A stretch of DNA of 64,000 nucleotides from Eledone cirrhosa (lineage: Eukaryota), in the NCBI GenBank assembly GCA_964016885.1, contig OZ024740.1:135346001-135410000 (forward strand), read 5' to 3'. The notes under the pieces are model-generated. The model did not search any database. It saw only the letters and a program-made list of their open reading frames with translations, and was not told where the DNA came from. A program made the position numbers and the translations under genes. How positions within the stretch are numbered: position 1 is the first letter of the stretch; every line of letters starts with the position of its first letter. Positions 59,483-64,000 of this stretch are shown here, piece after piece.

Positions 59483-60058
59483 TTTAAAGGCCTTTGCGCA
59501 TAGAGGTTTTTCTTAGGGATGCTGCTGGCCAGAAACTGACATAGTATGTCTTTTGTGAGTTACTCTCACAGGAAGATCTGTTCTTTTTAAGCAACTTATT
59601 TGGTTCTTTATTTACTTAACATGGCAAGACTAAAAACTAATATAGACCCAGTGTCTATTATTATTGTGGTTCTTAATCCAGCTTGCAGTTCTTGTTGTTT
59701 AGCCTAGGTTAGCCCTGAGCAAGTAGACCTATTATAGCCATGGCTTTTTCTGGCATAGTACACATAGAACTACATTATGCAATGTATCTCACCTTTTTAA
59801 ATCAGTAGGATATTATTTTGTTATTTCCAGCATGTCAAGTGACTACATATATTTTTTTTTCATTAGCTCTTGTACTGGTTTGGTCATGAGTGCATGGCTT
59901 GTACTGTGAGCAAGTGAAATATTTATAAATTGCAGTACTTTAAAAAAAGCATTCTTGTGTTAATGTATCTTGTCATTGAATTTTAGACTTAGGTGTGTGC
60001 AAAAAGATGGAAGTGTTTATTTGAAATTTTGTGGAAACTCAGTGTATTATTCAGTATT

Positions 60059-60305
60059 TTAACTCTTTTGATACTAAGCTGCCTGAAATTGCACTGGATT
60101 TATGATACAAAACTGCTCATTTAAAAAATCTTACATCATAATTATACATTTGAAATTTTTGTTCAGTGATGTTCTAAATATCAGCTTACTAACGAAGAAG
60201 TTAATTGTTCTATTAAATTCTTCCAATTTTTAAAATCATTTTCTAAATTAATTGGAACACATAAGCAGTGTATTTATATTAGAAATATAGGAATGAAAAA
60301 GTTAA
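60059..60305 (-). mobile_element. piggyBac-type MITE, family B
   Basis: TTAA|CTCTTTTGATAC...AATGAAAAAG|TTAA; inverse of 35785-36026. Confidence 0.72.
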
Positions 60306-61377
60306 ATTTGAGCAGGCATTGTTATTCTAAAAGGATCCAGAAAGTTTCATATTGAATGATCATTTTTATATGTAGCATGATACTTCCTTCCCGAGGGAAG
60401 CATAGTGGTGTTGTGCCATATGACATATCTTGGAATTTTAAACCTGGGGGAGTTCATCCCCTCCAAGTTTGATCATAGCTGAGATTTCTTCTAGAGAGAA
60501 AGAGAGATTGACTGACTCACTCACTCACTCACTCCTGTATTGGACCGGTACTATATTTATTGACTCTGAAGGTATGAAAGACAAAGTTGACTTCTCCAGG
60601 ATTTGAACTCAAGATTGCAAAGAGCCAGAACAAATACTATTGGGCATTCAATATGACATGCTAATGATTTTGGCAATTCACTTCCTAATCTAGGGTGATA
60701 GATATCTCTAGTATATTTAGAAAAAAAAAAGCCATTTATTTGAACTGACTCATCTTCCCTCATTAGCAACTTTGAGATCCTGACTCACTGTCATGCAACA
60801 TTGAGTTGAAATGGTTGGGTTCATAAGGTAGTGTACTATCATCATTTACTCATTAAAAACTAAAGTATATTCAGTTATATGTCAAAACAAAAATAAAAGA
60901 TACCAAGTGTCATTTTCATTTAGCAAATAGTAAAGTCAGTTTGGGATGCATTTCTCTTTTTTGTTTCTTCTTTAGAAGGCTCATCAGCAAACTGTATCCT
61001 TCTCATAATCTTCTAAATTATTTGTGTAAATCAGTAAGCAAATCTAACTAAATCATGTGGTTGTTGCTTTAGTGTAAGGGTATATTCATATATTGAATTT
61101 GAATGGGATGCCATTGACATAATAATTAAATACTTGTGTAAGTGAAAGCAAATTTAATGATTAAAACATGAACCAAGCTAATGTATATATGTGGTAAAAA
61201 ATAAATATCAGTTTATGCTTTGACATATATTATTTTGATTAAGAAGTATAGAAGACAACTCTGAATGTGTTTTGATATCTTAGAAGGTTCATCAGTTAAG
61301 TATAGCCATTTCATAGGTTAATATATTTATTAGTAAGCAAATTATTAGTAAATATACATCACAATTATCATTATCAT

Positions 61378-61531
61378 TTAACCCTGTTGCATTTAAACCG
61401 GCCATATCCAGCCAGAATTCTCTCACCTCTTTCTGTTCAAACCAGTCATAACTGGCTGCTCATATTTATTTTAAGGTATTGTTCTCAAAATAAATATCAA
61501 ATTCTCGTAAATTCGATATTATGTGAGATAA
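61378..61531 (-). mobile_element. piggyBac-type MITE family A, cut by an RTE insertion
   Basis: TTAA|CCCTGTTGCATTTAAACCGGCC... matches the reverse complement of family A up to GTGAGATAA, where the CAT tail of the LINE starts. Confidence 0.82.
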
Positions 61532-64000
61532 TCATCATCATCATCATCATCATCATCAGGTTTAGCGTCCGTGTTCCACGCTTGCATGGGTTTGGACGGG
61601 GGTTTTCCCACTTGAGGCAAGAGTGGTTGTCTTGCTCGCATAGGACTGTCTGGCGGGTTTTCTACAGTTGGATGCCCTTCCTAACACCAACCACATTTAC
61701 AGTGTGGAGCTGGGAGGTTTTTACCGTGTTGCCTACACGGCCACATTACAGCGTGGACTGTCTGGCGGGTTTTCTACAGCTGGATGCCCTTCCTAACACC
61801 AACCACATTTACAGTGTGGGGCTGGGAGGTTTTTACCGTGTTGCCTACACGGCCACATTTACAGCGTGGACTGTGTGTTTTTTTGTCGTGACACCTACAC
61901 AATCTCATTTGTTTCGGCCTGGATGTTGTGGGACCAACATAACTTTACATTGAAAGGGGCGGTGTGGATGAGGTGGAGGTGGTGGGACGGGGGGGGGGGG
62001 GGGGTGTTTTGATAGAGATGCCTACTGACTGTAGTAGGTTTTTACTTTGTATTTAGGTAAGGCGGGTCTTCTCTATTACTGAGTACCGCCAAAGGTCTCG
62101 GTCCAGTGACATTGTCTTGGAGAGGTGTAAGCGTGTGAGGTCGGAATTTATCAGCTCGTCCCATGTTTTTCTGGGTCTGCCTACTCCGTGGCTACCGTCT
62201 ATCTTTATTGCCCTGCACTTTGTTATACAGCTGTCGTCTTTCATGCGCATCACGTGACCGTACCAACGTAGCCTTCTCTCGAGTAAACAACATCTGATCC
62301 CTCTTATTTCTAATTTTTTCCTTAGTTCGTTTATGCTTTGCTGTTCACGTATATTACTATTGCACATCCAGCGGAGCATGCAAGCTTCGTTCCTCTCTAG
62401 TCTGCGTATATCCTCTGCACACAATGCCCAGATCTCACTGCCATGCAGCATTGCTGTTCGTATGCAGGCATCGTATAACCTGCCTTTCATTTTTAGGGAG
62501 AACCCTCTAGCGGCTAATAGTGGTATAAGCTCTCTGAACTTTTTCCATCCAGTTCTGACTCTAGCTACTGTACTTTCAGAGCACCCTCCCCCACTGCTGA
62601 TTTTGTCACCCAGGTAACGGAAGCTGTCTACTATTTCTATAGAACCCTCTGCGCAGTTGAAGGAGCTAGTATTTTGTGGGCGCTTGCTGCTACTTATTGC
62701 ACCAGAGCACCGGCCACATGTAAAATTTATGTTCTTAGTTAGCTTACCTGTGATCCCACTACATCTTTTATGCACCCATACTTTGCATTTGGGACATAAA
62801 ATGGAGTTTCTACCTACGCCTTTCCTACACACTGAGCATGGCCATTTCCCAGATGGGACTGCCGCCTTATTTTCTTTCCTACAAACTAGAACTTTAGTCT
62901 TAGCCAGGTTAATTTTAAGGCCTTTTGATTCTAGGCCGTGCTTCCATGTTTGGAATTTCTTCTCTAGTTCGGTCATTGATTCAGCTATGAGCGTTAGATC
63001 ATCTGCGTATAGGAGTTCCCATGGGCAGCCGGTCTTGAACTCCTCTGTTATAGCCTGAAGGGCAATAATAAATAGTAGGGGGCTAAGAACAGAGCCCTGA
63101 TGGACACCAACTTTTACGCTAAACTCTTCACTATATTCGTTGTTAATTCTAACCTTACTGACTGTTTCTTTATACATGGCTTGTATAGCTCTCACAAGCC
63201 ATTCGTCAACACCTAGTTTTCTAAGAGACCACCAGATAATGGAACGGGGGACTCTGTCGAAGGCTTTCTCCAAGTCGACGAAAGCTAAGTATAGGGGTTT
63301 ACTTTTAGCTAGGTACTTCTCCTGTAGTTGTCATACAATGAAAAGAGCGTCTGTGGTACTTTTGCCTGACACAAATCCGAACTGCATTTCATCTAGAACA
63401 ATTCTCTTTCTGATTAGTTGCGCTATTACTTTTTCCGTGACCTTCATGACCTGGTCGATTAATTTAATGCCTCTATAGTTACTCCTATCTAGGGCATCTC
63501 CTTTTCCCTTATAGCAGTTAACGATGATGCTGCTACGCCAGTCCTTCGGAACAACCCCATTCTGTACGAGTTGGTTAACTATCCGGGTGACCATGGTGTG
63601 TCCCACTGAACCAGATGCCTTCAGCATCTCAGCAACTATTTCCGAAGGACCAGCCGCCTTACCCGTCTTCATATCTTTGATTGCCTTGCTTATTGTACTA
63701 CCCTGGACTAACACTGCTGGTCCCTCTATTGGGTCGATGTGGGGGAGACTGTCTTTCTCCCATTTGTTCTCCTCATTTAGAAGCCTTTCGTAGTGACACT
63801 TCCAAGCTACCTTCTTATCAGCGTCGGTGATGGCAAGTATGCCATCATCGTTAAGTACACACTTCTCCCCGACAATATCACGGTTTTCCTTGACACATTG
63901 CCTGGCAATCCTGAACACCTCACGTTTTTGGTCCTCACGTTGTAGAACATGCTTGAACTTTCTTTCCTCTGCTTCCCTTCTTGCGAAGTACACTTGTCTC
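61531..64000 (-). mobile_element. RTE-clade LINE (runs off the window), antisense to amphiphysin
   Basis: Highly similar to the other two long copies; 3' UTR with an internal ~112-bp duplication and a GAT tail. Confidence 0.96.
62053..64000 (-). pseudogene. RTE RT/PHD ORF with one premature stop
   Basis: ORFs 63331-63993 and 62053-63273 are in the same frame, split by TGA at 63331-63333 where the other copies have CGA (Arg). Confidence 0.92.

Noticed and set aside
60965-61345. Two CTGATGA-containing diverged repeats on the minus strand (~310 bp apart)
   Set aside because: Stems I-III could not be formed convincingly; treated as an old degenerate duplication.

Overview
AT-rich, microsatellite-rich eukaryotic genomic DNA, most likely from an octopus or other coleoid cephalopod (inferred from its SINE/LINE repertoire, not confirmed). 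The only host gene I can support is coding exon 1 of an amphiphysin/BIN1-family gene (20330-20410, +). It has a CpG-enriched promoter-like region upstream, and its first intron apparently runs past the end of the window. The rest is mostly transposable elements. There are three young, closely related RTE-clade LINEs (two with uninterrupted APE-RT ORFs) and an older relative; all four carry a C4HC3 PHD finger inserted inside the reverse transcriptase. Also present: CR1, Expander/Rex3-like, Jockey-like and CRE-like LINE fragments, two Gypsy relics, a Charlie/Buster hAT, an Hsmar2-like mariner, two TTAA (piggyBac-type) MITE families, many tRNA-derived SINEs, and Penelope-like remnants with minimal type I hammerhead ribozyme motifs. 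The most notable signals are the PHD-in-RT LINE family, the hammerhead motifs, a long inverted LINE pair inside the amphiphysin intron (possible dsRNA/ADAR substrate), a variable-copy ~48-bp module in retroposon 3' UTRs, and a Gypsy/inverted-LTR/mariner junction. All calls were made by eye. Boundaries of degenerate elements are approximate and family names come from motif recall, not database searches.
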